NCBI GenBank assembly: GCA_963677105.1
Contig: OY781871.1
Span: 870,001-902,000, forward strand
DNA length: 32,000 nt
Reading direction: 5' to 3'
From: Candidatus Saccharimonadota bacterium
GTDB lineage: Bacteria > Patescibacteriota > Gracilibacteria > UBA4473
Every line of letters starts with the position of its first letter. Within the stretch, counting starts at the first letter, position 1. Below are positions 23,531-31,953 of this stretch, piece by piece. The notes below the pieces were generated by a model. That model saw nothing but the letters and a program-made list of their open reading frames with translations. It made no database searches and was not told the DNA's origin. Both the position numbers and the translations under genes were made by a program.

Positions 23531-24870
23531 AAAAAATAATTTTGGCATTGATTTTGGTGTTGCCGTCATTTGTTATGGCGCAATCAAAGACATTTACGAT
23601 TACGGGATATTATTCTCCACTTCCAGATCAAGATTATTTTCTAACGGGTTCATATGAATCAGAAATTCGTCTAAATGGAAACGGAACACATGGAGCAGAC
23701 GGAACTCCAGTTTATCCGGGAATGATTGCTGCACCGAAATCATATGAGTTTGGAACAAAAGTTTGTATTCCAGCTTTTGGATGTGGAACAGTGCATGATC
23801 GAGGAGGAGCAATTGTGAAACAAGGAAAACGAGATTTAGCGAGACATGATCGATTAGATCTTTGGATGGGATATGGAATGGACGGAATGACAAGAGCATT
23901 AGCGTGGGGAGTTCAACATGTAGACTGTGAAATGTCTCCAGTTGGATCAGAAATTGCTGATTCGGTAAACTTTTCAGTTCCATTGCCTTTGACACAAATT
24001 TTAAAATTACCAAAAGCCGTAACTTTCTTTTCAGATTTAGCAAAAGGAGCAACAGGAGAAGAGGTAGAAAAACTTCAAATTGCATTACGTCGCTTGAATT
24101 TATATGATGGAGAAATTTCTTCAGAATATGATGAGTCCTTAAAACAATCGGTTCTTGATTTTCAAATAAAATATTTCGTACTTCCATCAGAATCATCTCT
24201 TGGTGCTGGACGTTTTGGGCCAAAAACTCGTGCAAAATTGACACAAGAATTAGCACGAATTGAAACACAGAAAAAAATTCGTGAATTATGGGAATCATTC
24301 GAATTTGAAGCAGGAATGACTCGTGGTCACCGAAGTCCGGAAGTAGTGAAATTACAACAAGTTTTAGTACAACGAGAATTACTAGATGTTTCCCCAACAG
24401 GTTTTTTCGGTCCATTAACAGAAGAAGCATTAATGCAATTTCAGTTAGAAGAGGGAATTATTAAAACAAAATTTGATACTGGTGCAGGAAGAGTCGGAGA
24501 AGAAACACAAGCACGATTGAATGAAATTTTATCTGAAGAAAGAATAGCTCGTGCCACAGAACGGAAAGAAGTTTCTCAAGCGAAAAAAACAGTTTCACGA
24601 TTAGCAATGCTTTCTGCTGAAAACGCACGTTTCCAATTAGCAACACAAATTGCAAAGGAAGATGCTTCAATTGAAACATTACAGATCGCATTAGAAAAAT
24701 TAGGGTATCTTGATCACGAACCAACAGGAAAACTAGGACCACTAACTCGCGCGTCATTAAAACGTTTTCAAGTAGATTTAGGAGTCATTCCAAACGCAAA
24801 AAGTGTTGGTGCAGGAGTTTTTGGGCCAGGAACTCGAGAACGACTTTCAGAAGTTATTAGAAAAGGATAG
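23527..24870 (+). CDS. Secreted cell-wall protein: 3D (MltA/RlpA-like) domain plus three PG_binding_1 repeats
   Basis: It has a signal peptide. The 3D motif is GTKVCIPAFGCGTVHDRGGAI...RLDLWMG. Three peptidoglycan-binding repeats follow (G/S-x-EV-x-x-LQ...FQ...G-x-x-G-x-x-T-x-x-x-L). Its ATGA overlaps the upstream gene. Confidence 0.8.
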   Translation: MKKIILALILVLPSFVMAQSKTFTITGYYSPLPDQDYFLTGSYESEIRLNGNGTHGADGTPVYPGMIAAPKSYEFGTKVCIPAFGCGTVHDRGGAIVKQGKRDLARHDRLDLWMGYGMDGMTRALAWGVQHVDCEMSPVGSEIADSVNFSVPLPLTQILKLPKAVTFFSDLAKGATGEEVEKLQIALRRLNLYDGEISSEYDESLKQSVLDFQIKYFVLPSESSLGAGRFGPKTRAKLTQELARIETQKKIRELWESFEFEAGMTRGHRSPEVVKLQQVLVQRELLDVSPTGFFGPLTEEALMQFQLEEGIIKTKFDTGAGRVGEETQARLNEILSEERIARATERKEVSQAKKTVSRLAMLSAENARFQLATQIAKEDASIETLQIALEKLGYLDHEPTGKLGPLTRASLKRFQVDLGVIPNAKSVGAGVFGPGTRERLSEVIRKG

Positions 24871-24879
24871 GGCGCTTCA

Positions 24880-24922
24880 TTTCAAATATCAAAGTTCAAA
24901 TAACAAAGTACAAAATTTGAAG
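24880..24922 (+). repeat. A-rich intergenic repeat family, site E
   Basis: The sequence is TTTCAAATATCAAAGTTCAAATAACAAAGTACAAAATTTGAAG, starting 9 nt after the stop at 24870. The exact 11-mer lies at 24904-24914. Confidence 0.65.
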
Positions 24923-24995
24923 AGAAAAGAGAACAGAGTTGATTTTTTTGGAAGAGGTGTCAGAATTTGTTGCGAACAATTTGGTTTTAAATTTT

Positions 24996-26306
24996 ATGAA
25001 AAAATTATTAGTATTATTCGGATGTGCATTAGTAATTACTAGTTGTACACAAAACGATCCATTTGCACCATTTCAAGAAGAACCACGAGAAACACTTGTT
25101 GGAGAAGTGCTTCCTTTTGATCTTTCGGTAGCAACTCGTGCAACACATCGATTAGAACGAGACGAAAAATTGATAGCACTTTTGGCATCGGAGATTGTTC
25201 CGTTGGAAGAATTTGAAGGACAAGAAGTTTCTGTTACTGGGGTTCGTCGTTCAGAAAAGATGAGAGAATTGTTTATTGTAGATGAACTTCACTTACTTTC
25301 TGATGAATTAGCAAAAGATGAAGACGATTTACAATTGCCTGAGCGATTTTCAACACAAAACTTTTCTTTTGTATTTCCTCGTGATTGGCAATATTCAACG
25401 GCTCCAGATGGGACAATGCATTTCACAGAGAAAACAGATGAACATGGACGTGTATTTCTTCAATTCACAGTTTCACCAAAAGAACGTCGAGATAAAAAAA
25501 CAACAGCAACAGTTTCAATTGGAGAATTTAAAGGAACAAAAAGTGTTATGGGCGATCAACTGGGAAGAGAACACCAAAAAATCGTATTATGGTCCAATAA
25601 TTCAAATAAAAAATATACCTTTTCTTTCAACGCTAATTTTGAAGAATTTGAAAAGAAAAAAGCCTTTTTTCAGTTGTTAAATTCATTTATTGAGGGAGAA
25701 GATGTGGTACGTGAAGCACAAAATGAGGAACGTCGATTACAAGCTGAACGAGAAGCAGAAAAGGTTCGAGAATTAACAAAAGAAACAGAACAAGAAGAAA
25801 CTTTATTAGAGACAGTTGATACAGAAGAGGAAGAAAAACCAGAAGAAAAGAAAGAAGGTCTTTTTTCTCGTTTATTTAATGATTCAGGTAAGAATATTGA
25901 CACAGAAGAAGCACTGAGAAGAGCTTCGGAATCTGCAGCAGATATTCCATTAAAAGATGATTATGAAAATTTGATTGATGCAAAAGCATTTCCATATTCA
26001 AGTGCTCATTTAAAGTTTTCAATGAAAGCTCCGTGGGGATATTGGTTCAAAAATGTTGGACCAACAGAACCGCTACTTTTGCAGTTTGGGTTTGCAAAAC
26101 ATGAGATTGAGGGAATTGCAGATAGTGAGTTTTTACTTGAAATTGTTCCAAGTGAAAATCCGGTTACAACTGCTCGAGAACGAAAAGTCGATGAAACATT
26201 ATTTATTGAATGGGCGCGAGATGATAGTTCATTTTTTCGACTTCATGGACCGATGAGTTCGCGTGATGCGATGCGCTCTATTCAGTCAACGGTAAAGAAT
26301 TCATGA
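24996..26306 (+). CDS. Lipoprotein with an acidic coiled-coil insert
   Basis: I prefer the ATG at 24996, giving MKKLLVLFGCALVITSC with a lipobox-like L-V-I-T-S-C. A Glu-rich stretch lies mid-protein (EETLLETVDTEEEEKPEEKKE). Confidence 0.7.
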   Translation: MKKLLVLFGCALVITSCTQNDPFAPFQEEPRETLVGEVLPFDLSVATRATHRLERDEKLIALLASEIVPLEEFEGQEVSVTGVRRSEKMRELFIVDELHLLSDELAKDEDDLQLPERFSTQNFSFVFPRDWQYSTAPDGTMHFTEKTDEHGRVFLQFTVSPKERRDKKTTATVSIGEFKGTKSVMGDQLGREHQKIVLWSNNSNKKYTFSFNANFEEFEKKKAFFQLLNSFIEGEDVVREAQNEERRLQAEREAEKVRELTKETEQEETLLETVDTEEEEKPEEKKEGLFSRLFNDSGKNIDTEEALRRASESAADIPLKDDYENLIDAKAFPYSSAHLKFSMKAPWGYWFKNVGPTEPLLLQFGFAKHEIEGIADSEFLLEIVPSENPVTTARERKVDETLFIEWARDDSSFFRLHGPMSSRDAMRSIQSTVKNS

Positions 26307-26818
26307 CGAAGTGGTTCGTTTTACATGGTTGGGGAGGAGATTCGACAACGAATTGGTTTCCTTGGTTAAAAGAATATCAAGAAACAAAAGGAAATGAGGT
26401 ATTTGTTCCTGATTTTCCAAATGCGGAATTTCCCAAATATAATGAATGGAAAGAGTATTGGAATGAAAACTATGCTTCAAAAGTAAACGAAGATTCAGTT
26501 CTCGTTGGACACTCTCTTGGAGGAGGATTTCTTTTGCGATGGCTTTCAGAAAATTTGATTTCAACAGATCGGTTAATTCTTGTTGCACCAACACCAGACG
26601 ATTGCGGAATTGATGAAATTAAGGATTTTTTTGAAAAACCATGGAATACAGAAGTTTTGAAACAAAATATTGGAACAATAGAGATATTTGGAGCCGAAAA
26701 TGATCCATATATTCCGGTAGAGAAGTTGAAACAGCTTGCATCGGAATTAGGTGCTATATTTAAAGATTGTCCAGGAAAGGGACATTTAAATGAAAAAGAG
26801 TTATTTGAGATTTTATAA
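26303..26818 (+). CDS. Alpha/beta serine hydrolase of the YdeN/RBBP9 (Ser_hydrolase) type
   Basis: It has VLHGWGGDSTTNWFPWL, the nucleophile elbow GHSLGG and late Asp/His residues (ENDPY, GKGH). Its ATGA overlaps the upstream gene. Confidence 0.75.
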   Translation: MTKWFVLHGWGGDSTTNWFPWLKEYQETKGNEVFVPDFPNAEFPKYNEWKEYWNENYASKVNEDSVLVGHSLGGGFLLRWLSENLISTDRLILVAPTPDDCGIDEIKDFFEKPWNTEVLKQNIGTIEIFGAENDPYIPVEKLKQLASELGAIFKDCPGKGHLNEKELFEIL

Positions 26819-26836
26819 GGAATGAATTTGTTCAGA

Positions 26837-26870
26837 TAAAAAAAGACAATCTTTATTGATTGTCTTTTTT
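26837..26870. terminator. Bidirectional rho-independent terminator between convergent genes
   Basis: The sequence is AAAAAAAA-GACAATC-tttatt-GATTGTC-TTTTTT. The A and T runs flank the stem symmetrically. Confidence 0.7.
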
Positions 26871-26891
26871 AATGTTGTTTTATTCTTTTTC

Positions 26892-27563
26892 TTACAAGCA
26901 GAAGCTTCGTCGAGCCTGAATTGGGCATTCAAGATTTGAGTCTTTTCGTGTTTTGTCTTCACATATTCTGTATGTGATTTTTCCGTCTTGTACATAAAAA
27001 CTCATAATCTCATGAACTGGATTTGGATTTGAGCTAGATTTGTATCGATAGTCATATTCAACACAAAGAACGTCGCTGTGGAAATCAGGTAAATCTACTT
27101 GATGAACAGAAATGTTTTCATATCCGTTCTCCATCTTTTCAAATTCCTCACCAAATCGTTTTACAGAGTTTGCTACACGTGCATCACATTTTGTATCTAC
27201 GAGAATTTCACAAGCATCTTTAAATTCTTTTTGATTGTATTTATTCAAGAAAGTTTTCACGAGTTTTTCAGAATCAGTTGGTTCAGCTTCTGTGAGAGTA
27301 TTGTTTTTATTAAGATTAATAATTGGTTCAACTTCTTCGTCTTCACTTTCAACAACAGGAATTATTCCTGGGTCTGTTTCAATTACTTCGATAGAATCCG
27401 AAATCATCTCAACAACAGGCGTTTCTGTTGGAATTTCTCCCTTTTCCATTAGGTTTGGTAAAAAGAGAACCCAAAGTGTTATTACGATAATAACAGCGAT
27501 AAGAAAGGAAGTTTTCTTATGTGTACAACAAGTAGGTTTGGAATTTGTTTTTTTATTTGTCAT
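26892..27563 (-). CDS. Membrane-anchored orphan protein with an acidic linker and a Cys-containing C-terminal domain
   Basis: An N-terminal TM helix (FLIAVIIVITLWVLFL) is followed by a Glu/Pro/Val-rich linker and a roughly 130-aa domain with 6 Cys. I recognise no family. Confidence 0.65.
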   Translation of the reverse strand: MTNKKTNSKPTCCTHKKTSFLIAVIIVITLWVLFLPNLMEKGEIPTETPVVEMISDSIEVIETDPGIIPVVESEDEEVEPIINLNKNNTLTEAEPTDSEKLVKTFLNKYNQKEFKDACEILVDTKCDARVANSVKRFGEEFEKMENGYENISVHQVDLPDFHSDVLCVEYDYRYKSSSNPNPVHEIMSFYVQDGKITYRICEDKTRKDSNLECPIQARRSFCL

Positions 27564-27686
27564 TTTAAAATAATGATGAACTGCTTTTCACGCTATCAGT
27601 AAATTGTGAAATTGACAAATTTTCGTTGTTCATATTTGCACAATAAGGCGAGTGGAGGTAAACTTTTCGGGCTTTTATTTACACGA

Positions 27687-30161
27687 ATGACAAAATACGA
27701 TCATCAGAAAATCGAACAAAAATGGCAGAAATATTGGCTCGAAAATAAAACTTTTGCAGCTGAAGATTTTTCATCAAAACCAAAATATTATGCGCTTGAT
27801 ATGTTTCCATATCCAAGTGGAGCAGGACTTCATGTTGGTCATCCAGAAGGTTATACGGCGACAGATATTATTTCTCGAAAAAAAAGGCACGAAGGATATT
27901 CTGTGCTTCATCCGTTAGGTTGGGACGCTTTTGGTTTACCAGCAGAAAATTACGCAATTAAAACTGGAACACATCCAAATACTTCTACTCAAGCGAATAT
28001 AAAGACGTTTCGGCGACAAATTCAGTCGTTAGGATTTAGTTATGACTGGGATCGAGAAATTGATACGACAGATCCCCAATATTATCGTTGGTCACAATGG
28101 ATTTTTCTTCAACTCTATAAGAAAGGACTTGCATATCAAAAAGAGATGGCAATGAATTGGTGTCCACAATGTAAAATTGTTGCTGCGAATGAAGAAGTAG
28201 AGCAGGGAACTCATGAGCGTTGTGGAGCGAAAGTTGAGCGTCGAAATCTCCGTCAGTGGATGTTTCGAATTACGGATTATGCACAACGGTTACTCGACGA
28301 TTTAGATACGCTAGAAGAATGGCCGGAAGCGATTCGAACACAACAAAAAAATTGGATTGGACGTAGTGAAGGAGCGGAAGTTGATTTTGAAATTGAAGGG
28401 AAAAATAAAAAAGTTTCAGTATATACGACACGTATAGACACTCTTTTTTCAGGAACATTTCTTATCTTTTCTCCAGAACATGATTTGATTGATGAAATTA
28501 CAACAAAAGATCAGTGGGGCGCAGTTCAAAAATATAAAAAAGAATGTAGTTCTAAGTCAGAACTTGAGCGTACAGAGTTATCAAAAGAAAAAACAGGAGC
28601 ATTTACTGGAAGCTATGGAATTAATCCTGCAACAGGCGAAAAAATGCCAATTTGGATTTCAGATTTTGTATTAGTAAGTTATGGAACAGGCGTTGTTTTT
28701 GCAGATGCACACGATGAACGAGACTTTGAAATGGCAAAGAAGTTTGATATTCCTTTAAAAGTTTCAATTCGACCAGAGGATGAAAAACTTTGGGAATCTG
28801 TAAAGAAATTAGAGTTCTGTTTTCCAGACGAGGGAATATTGGTGAATTCAGGAGAATTTGATGGACTTACGTCTGCAGAATCTCGTCCTAAAATTACGCA
28901 ATGGTTAGAAGAGCAAGGAAAAGCACGCGTAAAAGTAAACTACAAACTTCGCGATTGGATTTTTACACGTCAGCGATATTGGGGAGAACCAATTCCTCTG
29001 GTTTTTGATGAAAAGGGAAAATGTTATCCATTGGCAGATTCTGAGCTTCCGTTGGTGCTTCCGGAAATCGATGATTTCTTGCCTACAGATGATGGAAAAC
29101 CACCACTTGCGCGATGTACAGATTGGGTGAACACAAAAGGATATATTACAGAAGAAGGAACCGTAATTATTGGTGATGCGCCGGCAGGAAAAACTTCACA
29201 GAAATTTACACGAGAAACCTCAACAATGCCAAATTGGGCAGGAAGTTCTTGGTATTGGTTACGATATATGGACGTGCACAATGAACAAGAATTTTGTTCA
29301 AAAGAAAAAGAAAAATATTGGGGACCAGTTGATCTTTATGTTGGAGGAACAGAACATGCAGTGTTGCACTTATTATATTCACGATTTTGGCACAAAGTTC
29401 TCTTTGATCTGGGACTTGTAAATACGATTGAGCCGTTTAAAAAACTCGTAAATCAAGGACTTATTTTGGGAGAAGATGGAGAAAAAATGTCGAAATCACG
29501 AGGGAATGTAGTAAATCCAGATGAAATTGTAGAGTCAATGGGAGCGGATACGCTTCGAATGTATGAAATGTTTATGGGACCATTTGAGCAGACAAAACCG
29601 TGGTCTACGAAGTCAACAGGAGGAATTCGAAAGTTTCTTGATAAAGTATGGAGAATTTATACAGAGAAGAAATTAGTAGATGGATGTCCATTACCAGAAT
29701 TTCGGAAAGTTGTTGCACAAACGGTTAAAAAAGTGGGAGAAGATATTGATGATTTCAAGTTTAATACTGCCATTTCACAATTAATGATTTTCTTCAACGA
29801 AGCACAAAAACAAGACACATTGTCTCGTGGTGCAATGAAAAAAATAATTATTTTGCTAGAACCATTTGCGCCTCATTTAGCAGAGGAAATTTGGGTGGAA
29901 GTATTTGGAGAAACAAAATCTATTTCTTGTGCTCCGTGGCCAACATATGAACAAAGTTCATTAGCAGAAAACACCGTTACATATGCAGTACAAGTGAACG
30001 GAAAACTTCGTGGAGATTTTCAACTTTCAGCAACAGCTGGAAAGGAAGAAGCAATTGCAGCCGCGAAAGATTTAGAAAGAGTTCAGAAATATTTAAGCGA
30101 AGGAAATATTGTGAAAGAAATCTTTGTTCCAGGGAAGATTGTTGGGTTTGTTGTGAAATAA
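27687..30161 (+). CDS. leuS: Leucyl-tRNA synthetase (bacterial type)
   Basis: The HIGH motif (HVGHPEGY), the KMSKS motif (EKMSKSRGN) and the CP1 editing domain are present. The ATG at 27687 gives MTKYDHQKIEQKWQKYW, matching the canonical LeuRS N-terminus. The tracked GTG extension is unlikely. Confidence 0.97.
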   Translation: MTKYDHQKIEQKWQKYWLENKTFAAEDFSSKPKYYALDMFPYPSGAGLHVGHPEGYTATDIISRKKRHEGYSVLHPLGWDAFGLPAENYAIKTGTHPNTSTQANIKTFRRQIQSLGFSYDWDREIDTTDPQYYRWSQWIFLQLYKKGLAYQKEMAMNWCPQCKIVAANEEVEQGTHERCGAKVERRNLRQWMFRITDYAQRLLDDLDTLEEWPEAIRTQQKNWIGRSEGAEVDFEIEGKNKKVSVYTTRIDTLFSGTFLIFSPEHDLIDEITTKDQWGAVQKYKKECSSKSELERTELSKEKTGAFTGSYGINPATGEKMPIWISDFVLVSYGTGVVFADAHDERDFEMAKKFDIPLKVSIRPEDEKLWESVKKLEFCFPDEGILVNSGEFDGLTSAESRPKITQWLEEQGKARVKVNYKLRDWIFTRQRYWGEPIPLVFDEKGKCYPLADSELPLVLPEIDDFLPTDDGKPPLARCTDWVNTKGYITEEGTVIIGDAPAGKTSQKFTRETSTMPNWAGSSWYWLRYMDVHNEQEFCSKEKEKYWGPVDLYVGGTEHAVLHLLYSRFWHKVLFDLGLVNTIEPFKKLVNQGLILGEDGEKMSKSRGNVVNPDEIVESMGADTLRMYEMFMGPFEQTKPWSTKSTGGIRKFLDKVWRIYTEKKLVDGCPLPEFRKVVAQTVKKVGEDIDDFKFNTAISQLMIFFNEAQKQDTLSRGAMKKIIILLEPFAPHLAEEIWVEVFGETKSISCAPWPTYEQSSLAENTVTYAVQVNGKLRGDFQLSATAGKEEAIAAAKDLERVQKYLSEGNIVKEIFVPGKIVGFVVK

Positions 30162-30173
30162 TTCATTTTTAAA

Positions 30174-30452
30174 ATGACTTTTCACGATCGCGTTATCGAG
30201 TGTGTTAAAAAAATTCCGAAAGGACAAGTGCGTACGTATGGTGAAATTGCGGAAATGGCGGGAAGTCCAGCGGCAGGAAGAGCAGTTGGTTCTATTATGA
30301 AAAAGAATCGAGATAAAAATGTTCCATGTCATAGAGTTATTTGTTCATCAGGAAAAATAGGAGGATATAATGGGAATCTAGGAAAAAAGAAAGATTTACT
30401 GGAGGCAGAAGGGTTTTTTGTTACGCCAAAAAATATGCTACAGTCACGATGA
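30174..30452 (+). CDS. MGMT-family protein: single-domain methylated-DNA-protein-cysteine methyltransferase, DNA-binding/active-site domain only
   Basis: It has the IPKGQVRTYGEIA helix-turn-helix and the active-site motif PCHRV. Confidence 0.8.
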   Translation: MTFHDRVIECVKKIPKGQVRTYGEIAEMAGSPAAGRAVGSIMKKNRDKNVPCHRVICSSGKIGGYNGNLGKKKDLLEAEGFFVTPKNMLQSR

Positions 30453-31285
30453 TGAAAATCTCCATTATAATTCCAACGATTGGACGTTCGACTTTGCGCG
30501 ATGTTTTGTATGGGATCATGAATTCAAAAAATTTCGCGAAAATTGATCCAGAAATAATTGTTGTTCGTGATGCGGTAGAAGGAGAGTTTTTATCTCAATT
30601 AGAAATGGAATTCCCGAAAGTGTCTTTTTTCTGCACACCAGAAAAATCATATTCAGGTGGTGCACGAAATTTAGGTCTAGAAAAAGCAACAGGAGATATC
30701 ATTGCTTTTTTGGGAGATGATACAGTTCCGCAATCAGATTGGTTGGAACGAGTTTTTGATTTTCATAGAAAAAATAAAAAGAAAGAAGAAGTTCTTCTGG
30801 GAAAAGTTTCTTGGACACCAGAATTGGCACGAGATTCGTTTCATATTTGGTTAGAAAATAACGCACAGTTTTCTTTCAAATCAATTGCGAAACACGGAGC
30901 AAATTGGCGACATTTTTATACTTCGAATATTTCACTCAAAAAAGAATTACTTGGCAAAGAACGATTTAGCGATGCATTTATTGGTTGGGGATTTGAAGAT
31001 ACAGAATTCGGTTACCGACTTTGGAAAAAAGGAATGAAAGTTTTGTACGATGAGAAATGTGAAGTACTTCATGATCATGCACAAGAGATTTCAAAAGTTT
31101 GGGGGCAAACACAGAATGCGCATAAAAATGCAGAGGTTTTTGAACGACTTCATCCAGAAATTCATATTCTTCCATCTGCTGGAAAACGATTTATTTTAAA
31201 AATATTAATTATTCTTTCTCATCTCATTCCTACGAAACAAATGAAGTGGTGGAGAGAGTGGAAGAAATCATGGCTGCTCAAATAA
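30449..31285 (+). CDS. Family 2 glycosyltransferase
   Basis: It has ISIIIPTIGR at the N-terminus, GGARNLGL and the DxD-type motif FLGDDT. Its ATGA overlaps the upstream gene. Confidence 0.8.
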   Translation: MMKISIIIPTIGRSTLRDVLYGIMNSKNFAKIDPEIIVVRDAVEGEFLSQLEMEFPKVSFFCTPEKSYSGGARNLGLEKATGDIIAFLGDDTVPQSDWLERVFDFHRKNKKKEEVLLGKVSWTPELARDSFHIWLENNAQFSFKSIAKHGANWRHFYTSNISLKKELLGKERFSDAFIGWGFEDTEFGYRLWKKGMKVLYDEKCEVLHDHAQEISKVWGQTQNAHKNAEVFERLHPEIHILPSAGKRFILKILIILSHLIPTKQMKWWREWKKSWLLK

Positions 31286-31337
31286 CAAATAACAAAGTAC
31301 AAATTTTGAACTTTGAAGTTTGCAATTTGAAGTTTAG
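31281..31337 (+). repeat. A-rich intergenic repeat family, site F, palindromic variant
   Basis: AATAACAAATAACAAAGTACAAATTTTGAACTTTGAAGTTTGCAATTTGAAGTTT overlaps the GT2 stop. The exact 11-mer lies at 31293-31303. CAAAGT-A-CAAA-T-TTTG-A-ACTTTG is an imperfect palindrome, and TTTGAAGTTT occurs twice. Confidence 0.6.
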
Positions 31338-31347
31338 AGCCAAGCGA

Positions 31348-31953
31348 TTAGAGTTCACGACGATCCATCATGGCACGACTCAACGTTCCAGCATCAAGAT
31401 AATCGAGATCTCCTCCAGAAGGAATTCCGCGAGCAAGACGAGTTATTTTTGTTGGACATCCAAGTTGTTTGAGTTGATCAGCTAGAAACATAGCAGTAGC
31501 TTCGGCTTCTGTTGTTCCGGGAAGTGCAATTATTATTTCAGTTGGAGGTGTCTTGAGTACGCGATTTAATAATTCTTTCATGCGAATATCTTCTGCTTTG
31601 ACTCGATCAAGAGGACTAATTACTCCGTGTAATACATGATATTTTCCACGAAAAGCGTGCGTTCTTTCAAGTGCTAAAACATCCATTGGTGATTCTACAA
31701 CACAAATTTCTGCGTCTGAACGATCATTATTGGAACAAATAGGACAAAGAGATTCTTCTGCTAAATGACAACAATTATCGCATTCTTTCACTAAACTTTT
31801 TAATTCACACAAGGCATTTCCTATTTTTTTTTCGAGACCACTTTCATTTTTCAACAAAGAAAAGACTAATCGTTCCGCACTTCGAGTTCCAATTCCAGGA
31901 AGATCAGAAAGCGCTTCTATAGCTTCTGTAATCGCTTCAGGCAATAATTTCAT
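31348..31953 (-). CDS. recR: Recombination protein RecR
   Basis: It has the helix-hairpin-helix LPGIGTRSAERL, the Cys4 zinc finger CDNCCHLAEESLCPIC and a Toprim domain. Confidence 0.93.
   Translation of the reverse strand: MKLLPEAITEAIEALSDLPGIGTRSAERLVFSLLKNESGLEKKIGNALCELKSLVKECDNCCHLAEESLCPICSNNDRSDAEICVVESPMDVLALERTHAFRGKYHVLHGVISPLDRVKAEDIRMKELLNRVLKTPPTEIIIALPGTTEAEATAMFLADQLKQLGCPTKITRLARGIPSGGDLDYLDAGTLSRAMMDRREL

Noticed and set aside
23600-24430. A 276-aa ORF lies on the minus strand. There are similar long antisense ORFs at 1259-1849, 1910-2443, 14100-14540, 7841-8227 and 16481-16861.
   Set aside because: Each lies fully inside, and antisense to, a gene with clear domain signatures or strong coding character. 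The translations are low-complexity (Leu/Phe/Ile-rich, or Pro/Ala/Gly mirrors of GGA/GCT codons), as expected for shadow frames in AT-rich DNA.
27564-27686. I considered a T-box or other leader upstream of leuS.
   Set aside because: Only about 120 nt are available. I found no specifier-loop/T-box consensus (AGAGA...GGTGGTACCGCG-like) and no terminator/antiterminator pair.
27606-27686. The ORF track implies N-terminal extensions for leuS, and likewise at 5922-5981 (folD), 17195-17254, 18508-18624 (SIMPL), 24939-24995 (lipoprotein), 12023-12079 (Lgt-like), 18247-18282 and 4093-4149.
   Set aside because: The extensions start at TTG/GTG or add non-conserved residues ahead of canonical N-termini or signal peptides. 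Internal ATGs give family-typical starts and avoid overlaps with neighbours or terminators.
5021-31337. I considered whether the recurrent A-rich repeats could be a CRISPR array or tandem satellite.
   Set aside because: The copies are kilobases apart, are separated by genes and lack regular repeat-spacer periodicity. No cas genes are present.
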